Shown here: piece by piece, positions 29,999 through 39,135 of the stretch
How the letters are laid out: every line of letters starts with the position of its first letter
How positions within the stretch are numbered: position 1 is the first letter of the stretch
Made by a program: the position numbers and the translations under genes
Assembly (NCBI GenBank): GCA_034530875.2
Contig: JAVRCJ020000004.1
Coordinates: 96,001 to 160,000 of the forward strand
Source: Nostoc sp. DedSLP01
GTDB taxonomy: Bacteria > Cyanobacteriota > Cyanobacteriia > Cyanobacteriales > Nostocaceae
Reading direction: 5' to 3'
DNA: 64,000 nt
Notes under the pieces: model-generated
What the model saw: only the letters and a program-made list of their open reading frames with translations
Told to the model about the DNA's origin: nothing
Databases searched by the model: none

Positions 29999-30781
29999 AT
30001 GGTCATCGAAGCTAAAAATCTTGCCTTACCAGATCATACTCAACTACCAGAGTCCGATGGTACTTTCGTGAAAAATTTCCAAGAACATCCTCAAAGTATT
30101 CTATTGACTGATTCTATCCTGCCACGATTACAAGAAATTCATCCTGACGGCTATTATTGTATCGGTCAAGACTCTGGTATTTACTGGCGGTTAACAGAAC
30201 CACCAGAACGGGGTGCTGAGGCACCAGATTGGTTTTACGTACCTAATGTTCCACCAACTCTTGACGGTCAATTCCGACGTTCTTATGTTTTTTGGCAAGA
30301 ATTGATTGCACCGATGATTGTTTTAGAATTTGTCTCAGGAGATGGAGAGGAAGAACGAGATAAAACCCCTTACAAAGGAAAATTTTGGATTTATGAAAAT
30401 ATTATCCGTCCTCCTTATTACGGCATTTATGAAGTTAAAAAATCATCGGTGGAAGTATATCAATTAGTGGCTAATCATTACGAAAAAATGGTTCCTAATA
30501 GTAGGGGACATTATCCAATTCCACCAATGGGTGTGGAATTAGGTATTTGGCAAGGTAACTTTGTATCAAACGAAGAAATACCTTGGTTGCGGTGGTGGGA
30601 TGAACAAGGTAATCTACTGCTAACAGGAGATGAACGTGCCGAAGTTGAACGCCAACGCGCGGAAGCTGAACGCCAACGTGCAGAAGCTGAACGCCAACGT
30701 GCAGAAACGGTAGAGCAGGAAAATCAGCGGTTGCGGGAACGGTTACGTGCATTGGGTATCGATCCTGATGCGTTGAGTTAG
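29999..30781 (+). CDS. Uma2 family endonuclease-like protein with C-terminal (ERQRAEA)n coiled coil
   Basis: LPDHTQLPESDG, APDWFYVP, LEFVS and WLRWWD motifs; 21-nt repeats near 30633-30705. Confidence 0.92.
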   Translation: MVIEAKNLALPDHTQLPESDGTFVKNFQEHPQSILLTDSILPRLQEIHPDGYYCIGQDSGIYWRLTEPPERGAEAPDWFYVPNVPPTLDGQFRRSYVFWQELIAPMIVLEFVSGDGEEERDKTPYKGKFWIYENIIRPPYYGIYEVKKSSVEVYQLVANHYEKMVPNSRGHYPIPPMGVELGIWQGNFVSNEEIPWLRWWDEQGNLLLTGDERAEVERQRAEAERQRAEAERQRAETVEQENQRLRERLRALGIDPDALS

Positions 30782-30991
30782 CGAAAATGCCCTTACCAAA
30801 TTTTAGATTTTAGATTTTGGATTGTTCATTGAAAAATTCAAATCTAAAAAAAGTCCAAAATCCTCATGTAGAGACGCGATTAATCGCGTCTTCAAAGAGC
30901 AACTATCTCGACGAATAATCCTTAACCCAAGCGTATTACAATATCATTTAAGCTGGTAATATATATAACAAACTGCTTGTAGTTCTCAATT

Positions 30992-32806
30992 ATGCAAATC
31001 TGCCAAAATCCCAATTGCTCAAATCCTTTCAACCCTGATAGCAATAGATTTTGTATGAGTTGCGGACAAAATAACTTTGGCAACCTGCTGGGAAATCGCT
31101 ACCGTGTTTTGCAACTCTTAGGCGAAGGTGGGTTTGGTAGAACTTACACAGCAGAAGATACAGGTAGATTTGATGATGTTTGTGTCATTAAACAATTTTT
31201 TCCCCAAGTACAAGGAACAGCAGCACTTTCTAAAGCAGCAGAATTATTCAAACAAGAAGCTAAGCGACTTTATGAATTGGGAGAAAATCACTCTCAAATT
31301 CCGAGATTGTTAGCTTATTTTGAACAAGGTTCGAGCTTGTATTTGGTGCAAGAATTTATTCGCGGGCAAACTCTGCTCAAAGAACTTCAGCAAAAAGCTT
31401 TTAGTGAAGAACAAATTCGGGAACTTTTAGCAGATTTATTACCAGTTCTGCAATTCATCCACGATCGCAACGTCATCCATCGAGATATTAAGCCAGAAAA
31501 TATCATGCGAAGGGAGAGCGATCGCAAACTAATTCTAATAGATTTTGGCGGCGCCAAACAAGTAACACAAACTAGTTTAGCCAGACAAGCCACAGGAATT
31601 TACACCGTTGGTTATGCTCCTAGCGAACAAATGGCAGGATTCGCCACTCCTGTTAGCGATTTATATGCTTTGGGTGCAACTTGTGCCCGTCTTTTAACTC
31701 AAAGTCTGGCTGTGCAAGATACCTCTGGAAATCTCCATGACCGTCTTTATGATGCTTTTAACGCTCAGTGGATGTGGCGAGAACTTTTGCAAGAAAAAGG
31801 TGTTACTATCAGCGACGAGTTAGGGCAAATTTTAGATAAATTGCTCAAGCACTTGCCAAAGGAAAGATATCAATCAGCAGCAGAAGTTTTAGAAGATTTA
31901 AATTCTCCAAAAACCAAAATTCCAACAACAATTATTACAATTCCCCAACCGCAATTATTACCCGTTCAACCAAACACTACATCTCTACAAACTTTTGAAT
32001 TTGATGTAGTTAAAGTAGACGCAACAGGGAAACAAATTAGTCGTCAACGCCATAGTGCAAACTTCTTTGTTGAAGACTTGGGAAATGGTGTAATTCTCGA
32101 AATGGTATCCATTCCTGGTGGTACTTTTATCATGGGTTCAGCAGAGAACGAGGGAAAGGCTAATGAACGTCCACAGCATCAAGTAAAAGTTTCTGCATTC
32201 TTTATGGGTAAATATGAAATTACCCAAGCGCAGTATGAAGCAATTATGGGCACTAACCCTTCTTACTTCCGCACCAATGACGCAAACCGACCTGTGGAAA
32301 GTGTGAGTTGGAATGATGCGGTAGAATTTTGTCAAAAGTTGAGTCAAAAGACAAGACGAACCTATCGTTTACCCAGCGAAGCAGAATGGGAATATGCGTG
32401 TCGTGCTGGAACCACTACACCATTTTATTTTGGTGAAACGATTACCGTAGATTTAGCAAACTACAACGGAAATTATACATACGCCTCTGCACCAAAAGGT
32501 GAATATCGCAAGCAAACAACACCAGTAGGAAGTTTTCCTGCTAACGCCTTTGGTTTATACGATATGCACGGGTTAGTCTGGGAATGGTGTCAAGATAACC
32601 AGCATCATAATTACCAGGGCGCACCCACTGATGGTAGTGCTTGGTTACAAACTGGTTTATTCTCTAATTTGTTATCTGATAGAGTGATGCGCGGTGGTTC
32701 TTGGGGCTTTCTTCCAGAAGGTTGTCGCAGCGCAAATCGTAAGTCCGATGGTGCTAATATCCGTTTCAACAGTATTGGTTTTCGTGTTGTCTTAGTTTCC
32801 GTGTGA
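30992..32806 (+). CDS. Ser/Thr protein kinase with FGE-sulfatase (CLec-fold) domain; paralog of 23730-25574
   Basis: Same architecture as 23730-25574; first 35 nt of the two ORFs are identical; HRDIKPEN, DFG, RGGSW...GFRVV. Confidence 0.93.
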   Translation: MQICQNPNCSNPFNPDSNRFCMSCGQNNFGNLLGNRYRVLQLLGEGGFGRTYTAEDTGRFDDVCVIKQFFPQVQGTAALSKAAELFKQEAKRLYELGENHSQIPRLLAYFEQGSSLYLVQEFIRGQTLLKELQQKAFSEEQIRELLADLLPVLQFIHDRNVIHRDIKPENIMRRESDRKLILIDFGGAKQVTQTSLARQATGIYTVGYAPSEQMAGFATPVSDLYALGATCARLLTQSLAVQDTSGNLHDRLYDAFNAQWMWRELLQEKGVTISDELGQILDKLLKHLPKERYQSAAEVLEDLNSPKTKIPTTIITIPQPQLLPVQPNTTSLQTFEFDVVKVDATGKQISRQRHSANFFVEDLGNGVILEMVSIPGGTFIMGSAENEGKANERPQHQVKVSAFFMGKYEITQAQYEAIMGTNPSYFRTNDANRPVESVSWNDAVEFCQKLSQKTRRTYRLPSEAEWEYACRAGTTTPFYFGETITVDLANYNGNYTYASAPKGEYRKQTTPVGSFPANAFGLYDMHGLVWEWCQDNQHHNYQGAPTDGSAWLQTGLFSNLLSDRVMRGGSWGFLPEGCRSANRKSDGANIRFNSIGFRVVLVSV

Positions 32807-32816
32807 GGGCTTCCTT

Positions 32817-32876
32817 TCACCAACATTCCCAGACTTAAATCTGACTGTTCAACAAGTATTTGAAGCAGTAGTATGA
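32817..32876 (+). pseudogene. 3'-terminal remnant of a Uma2-family gene
   Basis: Translates to SPTFPDLNLTVQQVFEAVV*, resembling a typical Uma2 C-terminus; no start codon. Confidence 0.65.
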
Positions 32877-32920
32877 GAGTTTATAGCTAATATTAACAAA
32901 AAGACACGAGGAAAGGTTTA

Positions 32921-33484
32921 ATGGATAGCGTTGTTCTCAATCTAAAAGCGATCGCTAATTTAAGCGATGATCAATTTTATCAATTGTGTCTTGATAATCA
33001 CGATTTAAGCTTGGAAATGAATGCAGCAGGAGAATTAATCATTATGCCACCAGTCGGAGGAGAAAGCGGAAATCAAGAAGCTGGACTAATAACTGATTTA
33101 GAAATCTGGAATCGTCAAACGAAATTAGGCAAAGTTTTTAGTTCTTCAACTATTTTTATTCTGCCAAATGGTGCGAAACGTTCCCCTGATGCAGCTTGGG
33201 TGAAGTTGGAGAGATGGGAAGCTTTAACACCAGAACAGCGCAAAAAATTTCCGCCGCTTGTACCCGATTTTGTTATTGAACTGCGTTCTGAAACAGATAG
33301 GCTCCAACCCATCCAAGAGAAAATGCAAGAATATATCGAAAATGGTTTGCGTTTGGGATGGTTGATTAATCCTCAAGATGCAAATGTGGGAATTTACCGA
33401 ATCAAAAAAGCTGTAGAAGTTGTGCAAATGCCAGCGGTTCTTTGTGGAGAAGATATCTTACCAGGATTTGAGTTGCAACTGTAA
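32921..33484 (+). CDS. Uma2 family endonuclease-like protein
   Basis: GELIIMPP, RSPDAAWV, PDFVIELRS and LGWLINP motifs. Confidence 0.93.
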   Translation: MDSVVLNLKAIANLSDDQFYQLCLDNHDLSLEMNAAGELIIMPPVGGESGNQEAGLITDLEIWNRQTKLGKVFSSSTIFILPNGAKRSPDAAWVKLERWEALTPEQRKKFPPLVPDFVIELRSETDRLQPIQEKMQEYIENGLRLGWLINPQDANVGIYRIKKAVEVVQMPAVLCGEDILPGFELQL

Positions 33485-33542
33485 CTAAAGAGATATTTGC
33501 ACGTACATTCCTAACGAAATGCTTTTAACTTATAGCAAAATT

Positions 33543-33638
33543 TTATCGGCGATAGTTTCTAATAGCTTTTCGGAATACTAAAGTCCCGCCCATAACTTCT
33601 GGATCGGAATTTACTGGACTTTGAAATAAGGTAATCAT
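33543..33638 (-). pseudogene. Truncated DUF433-like antitoxin remnant
   Basis: MITLFQSPVNSDPEVMGGTLVF resembles the DUF433 N-terminal DP-x-x-MGG-x-PV motif, then ends after about 31 codons. Confidence 0.55.
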
Positions 33639-33704
33639 AATCTTAGTTTTTGCTATTTTTTCATCCAGTATATCGTCTCTGAATTTTTTACTAATCAGTA
33701 CCAA

Positions 33705-33737
33705 AAAAAGCGTTGTGTTTGCAGCACAACGCTTTTT
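33705..33737 (-). terminator. Intrinsic terminator, potentially bidirectional
   Basis: AAAAAGCGTTGTG-TTTGCAG-CACAACGCTTTTT. Confidence 0.75.
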
Positions 33738-33754
33738 CAAACTTATTGTTTAGT

Positions 33755-33943
33755 TTAACCTTGCAATTGATTAATTCGCTTTCGCAGTTCAGCCTCAAAC
33801 TCTTCATCCGTAGTGCAAAGTACACCAGGACGTTCATTCAATCTGTCCATGTACTTGTGAAAGGCTTCCGTGTCTTGTGGATGAGTCCTGACGTAAGCAA
33901 GTAAATCCTTATCAGACATTTCATCAAAATTAATTTGAGTCAC
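33755..33943 (-). CDS. DUF6887-like small protein
   Basis: NF..MS..(D/E)L.AYV..H..D.EAF..Y.DRL pattern; its GTG start overlaps the upstream stop codon. Confidence 0.75.
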   Translation of the reverse strand: MTQINFDEMSDKDLLAYVRTHPQDTEAFHKYMDRLNERPGVLCTTDEEFEAELRKRINQLQG

Positions 33944-34120
33944 TTGATAAACACCTCCCCATTTGGAAAGATTTCTACTTCAATTGTGTCTCCAATTAAT
34001 AGAAAAATTCGTTTGGTACGTTCGTCTAATCGAACTATGTTGATTGGCTGCATTAGATTACTTGCTGCTACGCATCTGCGGTAAAGCGCTCTTAACTGAT
34101 TGATTTGGCGTTGGTTCCAT
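33940..34120 (-). pseudogene. DUF6888-like gene frameshifted by a 4-bp duplication
   Basis: Removing one TGAT of the tandem TGATTGAT (34097-34104) restores a 58-aa ORF: MEPTPNQLRALYRRCVAASNLMQPINIVRLDERTKRIFLLIGDTIEVEIFPNGEVFIK. Confidence 0.75.
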
Positions 34121-34179
34121 ATCCTGGCTGTTGATTTCGCATCTACCCTGCGGGAAACTTCGTATGAAATCGCAACAGA

Positions 34180-35163
34180 TTAAACCAATCTCAAATCAGA
34201 ATAATTGGCTAATACATCATCAGATGTCAGGGTATCACCTTCAGCTTGGGGAGTCCAAAGAACTTCAATTGCTAGAAGTTTATCGCTAGGGATACTACCA
34301 ATTTGTCGCAAAGCTTGACGCAAATCATCAGCGCTGTTAACTGTTGGGATTTCAAATTTACCCAATGTCGCCGCTAGTAAGGTGACGATAATGTATTCGC
34401 CAGGGCCTTCGCTAATGAGACGGGTGGGGTTGTCGATTTCATCTGCTGGAGGTAAAGCTTCTTTAGCAAGTGCTGCTCTAAGTTGGTTGTTGACGTTAGT
34501 CAGAGTTTCTTCGCTAAATTTGCTGCGTTCTGCTAATGACAAGCGGTTGAACTGAGCTTCAGCTGAATTTAATCTCGCTTGTTGCGTACCACCACCTGCA
34601 TATACCCAATACTCAGGATGGCGGAGTAAAGCTAGGCTAGCTTCTTGGATAACTTCTGCTCTCCCTTGTGGGGAATTGGTATCAGCAGTTTCAGCAATGT
34701 TGTTGAGTTCTTTTTGCAGATCGCGTGCTTGTGCTAATAAACCCACTTGCAAGCGAGTTACGGACACTGGAGAGTTGGTGCTGTAATCTGCTTCTTCTGT
34801 ACCACCGCTAGAGGTACGACGGAAACTTTGTACTAAGAAATTAGCGATCGCTATGAAAATTAAAATACCAAATAGACCGCCGAATCCACCTCCAATTCCC
34901 CAAAAAGGAATTAAAAAGGGAAAACCAAAACCACCACCAGGATAATATCCGCCGCCGGGATAATATCCGCCTCCGCCTGGAGGTGCGTAGGTACGCGGCG
35001 TATAGGTGCGGCTAGAAGGTGCTCTAAATGAGCCACCGCCAATTCGTCCTCCGCTAGCAGCTAATGCTCCATCAGCGTGACTTAGAGCCAATGTTAACAC
35101 CAGGCTGAGGGCTAAGAAGGTTTTTAGCAGCGGTTTGATGATTTGTTGTAATTTTTTACCCAT
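34180..35163 (-). CDS. DUF1517 family membrane protein
   Basis: ASGGRIGGGSF, Gly-rich region, LQVGLLA, LALLRHPEY and EVLWTPQ motifs. Confidence 0.9.
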   Translation of the reverse strand: MGKKLQQIIKPLLKTFLALSLVLTLALSHADGALAASGGRIGGGSFRAPSSRTYTPRTYAPPGGGGYYPGGGYYPGGGFGFPFLIPFWGIGGGFGGLFGILIFIAIANFLVQSFRRTSSGGTEEADYSTNSPVSVTRLQVGLLAQARDLQKELNNIAETADTNSPQGRAEVIQEASLALLRHPEYWVYAGGGTQQARLNSAEAQFNRLSLAERSKFSEETLTNVNNQLRAALAKEALPPADEIDNPTRLISEGPGEYIIVTLLAATLGKFEIPTVNSADDLRQALRQIGSIPSDKLLAIEVLWTPQAEGDTLTSDDVLANYSDLRLV

Positions 35164-35641
35164 AATACAATCGCTTCAAAAACGGAATTTTTTATGATTT
35201 CCCATTCGTTCTTGGGATTCTTGCCGTGTGTTACTAAACACTAGCCCGTAACAAACAACCTTTCTTTGTAGCATTCACGTTTTTCAGCTACACATTCACT
35301 GTACCGCGTAGGGTATGGGGTAGACAGCGATCGCAGGGGGGATTTCTCTACAGGAGAACCGTACCGGAAGATATGTTCGCCGGTTAGAGAAATGGCAATC
35401 GGGTAATTTTGCTAAGTCTTGGACTAGCACGTTCTGGCTACCGTTCTGGATTATATAGATGATTTGAGATTGTAGCGATCGTTTTGACTGATTTTTTTAA
35501 TACTTGACACTCATTGATGACTGATGACTGTGAACCGTCAACTGTCAACCCCTAACTCCTTCAATCTAGCTTTCAGTAAAATTAACGGCTTTGGTTGTTG
35601 CCTCTAGTGTAATAGTAATATGCGATTGAGTTCTGCGAAGA

Positions 35642-36028
35642 TTATTTTTTGGCAAATGAAAAATGCTGCTTGATTACATCTAGATGCGAACAGTTCCAAT
35701 AATCAATATGGGAGACAATTAAACCGTCAGAGTTGAGAGTTAATTCACTCCAACCAGGGATAGAAATACGAGGCTTCCAAGGTAAAGGAGTATTCCAGCT
35801 GAGCGTCCACTTTGTTTTAATCGTGTCTCCTAAACGTTGAATATTATGTAAATCCATCTTAGGATTTAAAAACATAATTTTAATGAAATTAATCATTTGT
35901 TTGTAGAGTTGCAACCCGCGAAATCTAAAAACAGGGTCTCGAAAATAAACATCTGGATCGTAAAGGCTGTAAGTTTGATTTACAGGGAATCTTTGATAGT
36001 CTTCTTTGAGGATTTCAATGATGTCCAT
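35642..36028 (-). CDS. DUF2358 (NTF2-like) protein
   Basis: YDPDVYFRDP, PLPWKPRI and HIDYW motifs. Confidence 0.85.
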   Translation of the reverse strand: MDIIEILKEDYQRFPVNQTYSLYDPDVYFRDPVFRFRGLQLYKQMINFIKIMFLNPKMDLHNIQRLGDTIKTKWTLSWNTPLPWKPRISIPGWSELTLNSDGLIVSHIDYWNCSHLDVIKQHFSFAKK

Positions 36029-36042
36029 AAATTGCGAATTGT

Positions 36043-36603
36043 TTATTCTTCATTCCATAACCGTTCTAATTGACGCCGCCAAGCAGCTAGAGATTGTTCT
36101 TGTGCTTGTGCGCCTTGGTCGATTTCACCCATTACCCCTTCTGCATAAAAACGTTCTAAGTTTTGTATGGTGGATTCCAGAGATTGTCCTTGCAGTTTTG
36201 CTGCTTTGATAACTTGGCGAATGCGGGTTTCAACTAATCGGTTGAAGACATTATCTAAACCTGTTTCATGTAAAGATACCAGTCGAGCGATCGCTCTTTC
36301 AAAATCCGCTTTTACTAAACTGGTAACGTGATGGTGAAAGACTGCCCAAATTTGCCCATCATGCAAAGCATACCGTACTTCCTGAGTCTCATCAAAGTTA
36401 GCTGACAAAAACTCTGCTAAAAAAGATTGAGCTTCTTGTAATGGCGCAATTGGTAATAAAACTCGCAGCCAAGTATTATTTTTCGATAGCAGCACCAACA
36501 GTCGAAAAGTAGAAGTGTTTACTTGCCAAGTATCAGGTGCAATCGCACTAACATTTGTGCCAAATAATTCGGTTAATGTAGTTGTAAGTTCTTCAGGTGT
36601 CAT
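36043..36603 (-). CDS. Conserved hypothetical protein (YbjN / type III chaperone-like fold, tentative)
   Basis: L-x-ANFD-x-T...RYAL motif; 186-aa ORF. Confidence 0.7.
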   Translation of the reverse strand: MTPEELTTTLTELFGTNVSAIAPDTWQVNTSTFRLLVLLSKNNTWLRVLLPIAPLQEAQSFLAEFLSANFDETQEVRYALHDGQIWAVFHHHVTSLVKADFERAIARLVSLHETGLDNVFNRLVETRIRQVIKAAKLQGQSLESTIQNLERFYAEGVMGEIDQGAQAQEQSLAAWRRQLERLWNEE

Positions 36604-36652
36604 ACATCTTTGTTATATCTAGCCTCTAGATTAGCGCAAGAGGCGTATCACC

Positions 36653-36841
36653 TTATTCATTAAAATGCTTTGCTGCTTGCTGGACAACTTCCTGAGGTAA
36701 ATCTAATAATTGAGCGATCGCTTCTAAGCTCAACCCAAACTCTATCATCCGAGGTATTGCTTCTAATTTACCTTGCTGCTTACCTGCTTCTAAGGCTTCT
36801 TGATAAACTTTAGTCTGCTTTAACTCATTTAAACCCAGCAT
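36653..36841 (-). pseudogene. Isolated C-terminal part of an Rpn/DUF2887-family protein, possibly expressed as a small protein
   Basis: Upstream in-frame KSREEIEA, then MLGLNELKQTKVYQEA..EGK-like..GLSLEAIAQLLDL; nuclease domain absent; GAGGAG upstream of the ATG. Confidence 0.7.
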
Positions 36842-36897
36842 TGCTTCAATCTCCTCGCGGCTCTTTTATAAAAAATAGTGTCAGTTTTCACTGTTAT

Positions 36898-37827
36898 TTA
36901 TCTTTTATAAATCAAAAAAACTGAACCAATCGGCCCGTAATTTTCTACATAGATTTTTTGGTTATAATACAATCCTGGAGACATACCTCCATCAAATAAA
37001 ATTCCTTCTTGAATCTTCCCTAAACAGTTATTTTTAGCAATGCCTTCTAAGACATTATCAAACATATCTGGTAGTAATTCTTGATTAATTGAAGATATTT
37101 CAATCTCAGAATTAGCCTTTGCATCATTAACTAATAGTATGACATATCCTTGATTCGTGATAGCTGCCATAGAGCGATTAGTAGCACTTTTACAAGCAAA
37201 CTCTCCCAAATCTTGACAAATATTTTTAAACTTACCCTGACGATAAAATCTGCCATTTCCTCCGACTAAGTTGTAATTGAGAATATTACTTGTTCTTCTA
37301 CCCGCTTGCATAGTAGCTTGTCGTTGTGTAGGCGAACCTCCTGATATACCAAAGGAAGAACGTTTATTTTTAAATGCTCCTGAATATTCTACACCACGAG
37401 AAATATTTAAACCTTGTGGGCGATCGTCGGTATCTATATAGTCAGCATTGATTGCAGCAATGGGTAACTCTCCATTTAATTTAGCGTTATCGCCAACAAT
37501 CAGGTCGCGAAACTGTTTTGCCACATATTCTTTCCGTAATTTTCCCTGACTATCTTTAGCGTAGAGTTTATGAGATAAACCAAGGTTAACTTTAAAATCT
37601 AATTCTGCTGATTTAGGATTAAAAATAATTACATGATTAATACCTTTGGAACTTTTCTGACCTTGATTATTAGTTTTAAAAAAATCAATACTGAATGTGG
37701 GACTTTGACCGGGACAAGTTTTAGCTGCTTTCGGGACTGAATTAGCTGTAATTTTTTGGCAACCTGATAACAAGGTTGCACTGGCGATCGCAATCAATAA
37801 CAAAAATAAATTTTTAGACATAATCAT
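36898..37827 (-). CDS. Phosphodiester glycosidase (NAGPA/DUF2233-like) lipoprotein
   Basis: Lipobox LSGC; AAINADY, NRSMAAI and FDGGMS motifs. Confidence 0.7.
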   Translation of the reverse strand: MIMSKNLFLLLIAIASATLLSGCQKITANSVPKAAKTCPGQSPTFSIDFFKTNNQGQKSSKGINHVIIFNPKSAELDFKVNLGLSHKLYAKDSQGKLRKEYVAKQFRDLIVGDNAKLNGELPIAAINADYIDTDDRPQGLNISRGVEYSGAFKNKRSSFGISGGSPTQRQATMQAGRRTSNILNYNLVGGNGRFYRQGKFKNICQDLGEFACKSATNRSMAAITNQGYVILLVNDAKANSEIEISSINQELLPDMFDNVLEGIAKNNCLGKIQEGILFDGGMSPGLYYNQKIYVENYGPIGSVFLIYKR

Positions 37828-37829
37828 AT

Positions 37830-37861
37830 AAAAAACCCGCTACAGCATTACTATAGCGGGG
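37830..37861 (-). terminator. Putative intrinsic terminator of the DUF4912 gene
   Basis: CCCGCTA...TAGCGGG stem with an adjacent A-run (U-run on the minus strand). Confidence 0.55.
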
Positions 37862-37905
37862 AATAATTTAAAATTTCAGTCTGGAGTTAATTTGAGTACT
37901 AAAAC

Positions 37906-39135
37906 TTAAGAGAACCATTCTAGAACAGCTTCTTCTTTGGTATTAGTATTCCGGGATGGTGTTTCACGATTGAATTTCATCTGAATTGAGCGAGTTTGTT
38001 CGCCATCAGCAGCCACAGCCACAATTGGATAGTCAATTAAACCATCTTGGAAGGACATCTGGAAGCGGAATGTACCATCTGGATTCAATTGAATTTGACG
38101 GCCGCCAATGGTAACAGTAGCATCGGGTTCGGTTGCACCGTAAACAATCAATTCAGCATCGGCTATCAACCAGAACTTGCGCGGACGCACTGGTACGGCG
38201 GAAGCGGAGAAGCCTACGCCCGACATTCCCACACCGGACATCGTTAAACCGGAAGTGGTGGGAACTGCCCACATACCCACACCAGAGGGGAAAATGTAGG
38301 AACTGATAGCTTGTTCGGGGCGTTGGTGCATGGAACCGAAGATAGAACCAGCAACGCGTTGTGCTTCGGCGGATTCCGCTAGGCCAAAGATTTGGTCGTA
38401 GATTGGGTTACCGCCATTTGCAGCGGCTGTTGCCACTTTCTTGGCAGGTGGCACCAGTTCGTACTGAGTTTTGCCACGCAAATCTTCTTCAAAGTTGACA
38501 GTGATAAAGACGTCTTCAATCCAGTCAGAAGGATAGACGGGAGGAATATGTACTCTCGCAGAACGAGCCAGTACTAACCAACGACCATCAGCAGCACGAT
38601 AACCGATATCGATTACATAATCGCGATCGCTAACTGGGACTGGTAGATACCATTCTCTTGCTAGTTCATCAGCAGGATATTCTTGAATGCTGTGGGGGCT
38701 TTGAAAATCTATATTGATGTCGGTAACATCATAAATCCGCAGTGCCAGTTGTTGTCCGCCTTGGCGACGCAGTTCTTCTTTATGTTCATTGGGAACATCC
38801 CAGTAAGTGTAAGCCCATTGAGGATCGCGGGGTAAGAGTACAATCCGGCTTTCACCATAACCAGAAGGCAGATCTGGGAGTCCTTCATCAACATCAGCAA
38901 GAGATCCACCAGTTCGATCTTCCTGACCTAATTCAAACTTAGCTGCTTCCACGGTTTCCTGTGCCTCCAATGAACGAGATGGACTGAGCGAAATTTTGCT
39001 GCGCTGGACTTCTTGAATTGATGCCAGCAGTTGGGATTTACGCATTCGGCTATAGCGAGAGATGCTATATTCGCTGGCAACTTTACGTAATTGCCGTAAG
39101 GTCATCTCCTCTAGTGGCGGGCGTTCTTTTGCCAT
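37906..39135 (-). CDS. DUF4912 domain protein with Rho N-terminal-like domain
   Basis: MTLRQLRKVA..YSRMRKSQL, LLPRDPQWAYTYWD and ADAELIVYGATEP motifs. Confidence 0.9.
   Translation of the reverse strand: MAKERPPLEEMTLRQLRKVASEYSISRYSRMRKSQLLASIQEVQRSKISLSPSRSLEAQETVEAAKFELGQEDRTGGSLADVDEGLPDLPSGYGESRIVLLPRDPQWAYTYWDVPNEHKEELRRQGGQQLALRIYDVTDINIDFQSPHSIQEYPADELAREWYLPVPVSDRDYVIDIGYRAADGRWLVLARSARVHIPPVYPSDWIEDVFITVNFEEDLRGKTQYELVPPAKKVATAAANGGNPIYDQIFGLAESAEAQRVAGSIFGSMHQRPEQAISSYIFPSGVGMWAVPTTSGLTMSGVGMSGVGFSASAVPVRPRKFWLIADAELIVYGATEPDATVTIGGRQIQLNPDGTFRFQMSFQDGLIDYPIVAVAADGEQTRSIQMKFNRETPSRNTNTKEEAVLEWFS

Noticed and set aside
23730..33500. Complete DGR cassette (RT, avd, template repeat)
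   Set aside because: No ORF with reverse-transcriptase motifs and no AAC-rich non-coding copy of a CLec tip was found by eye. ORFs 25735 and 29645 do not resemble Avd.
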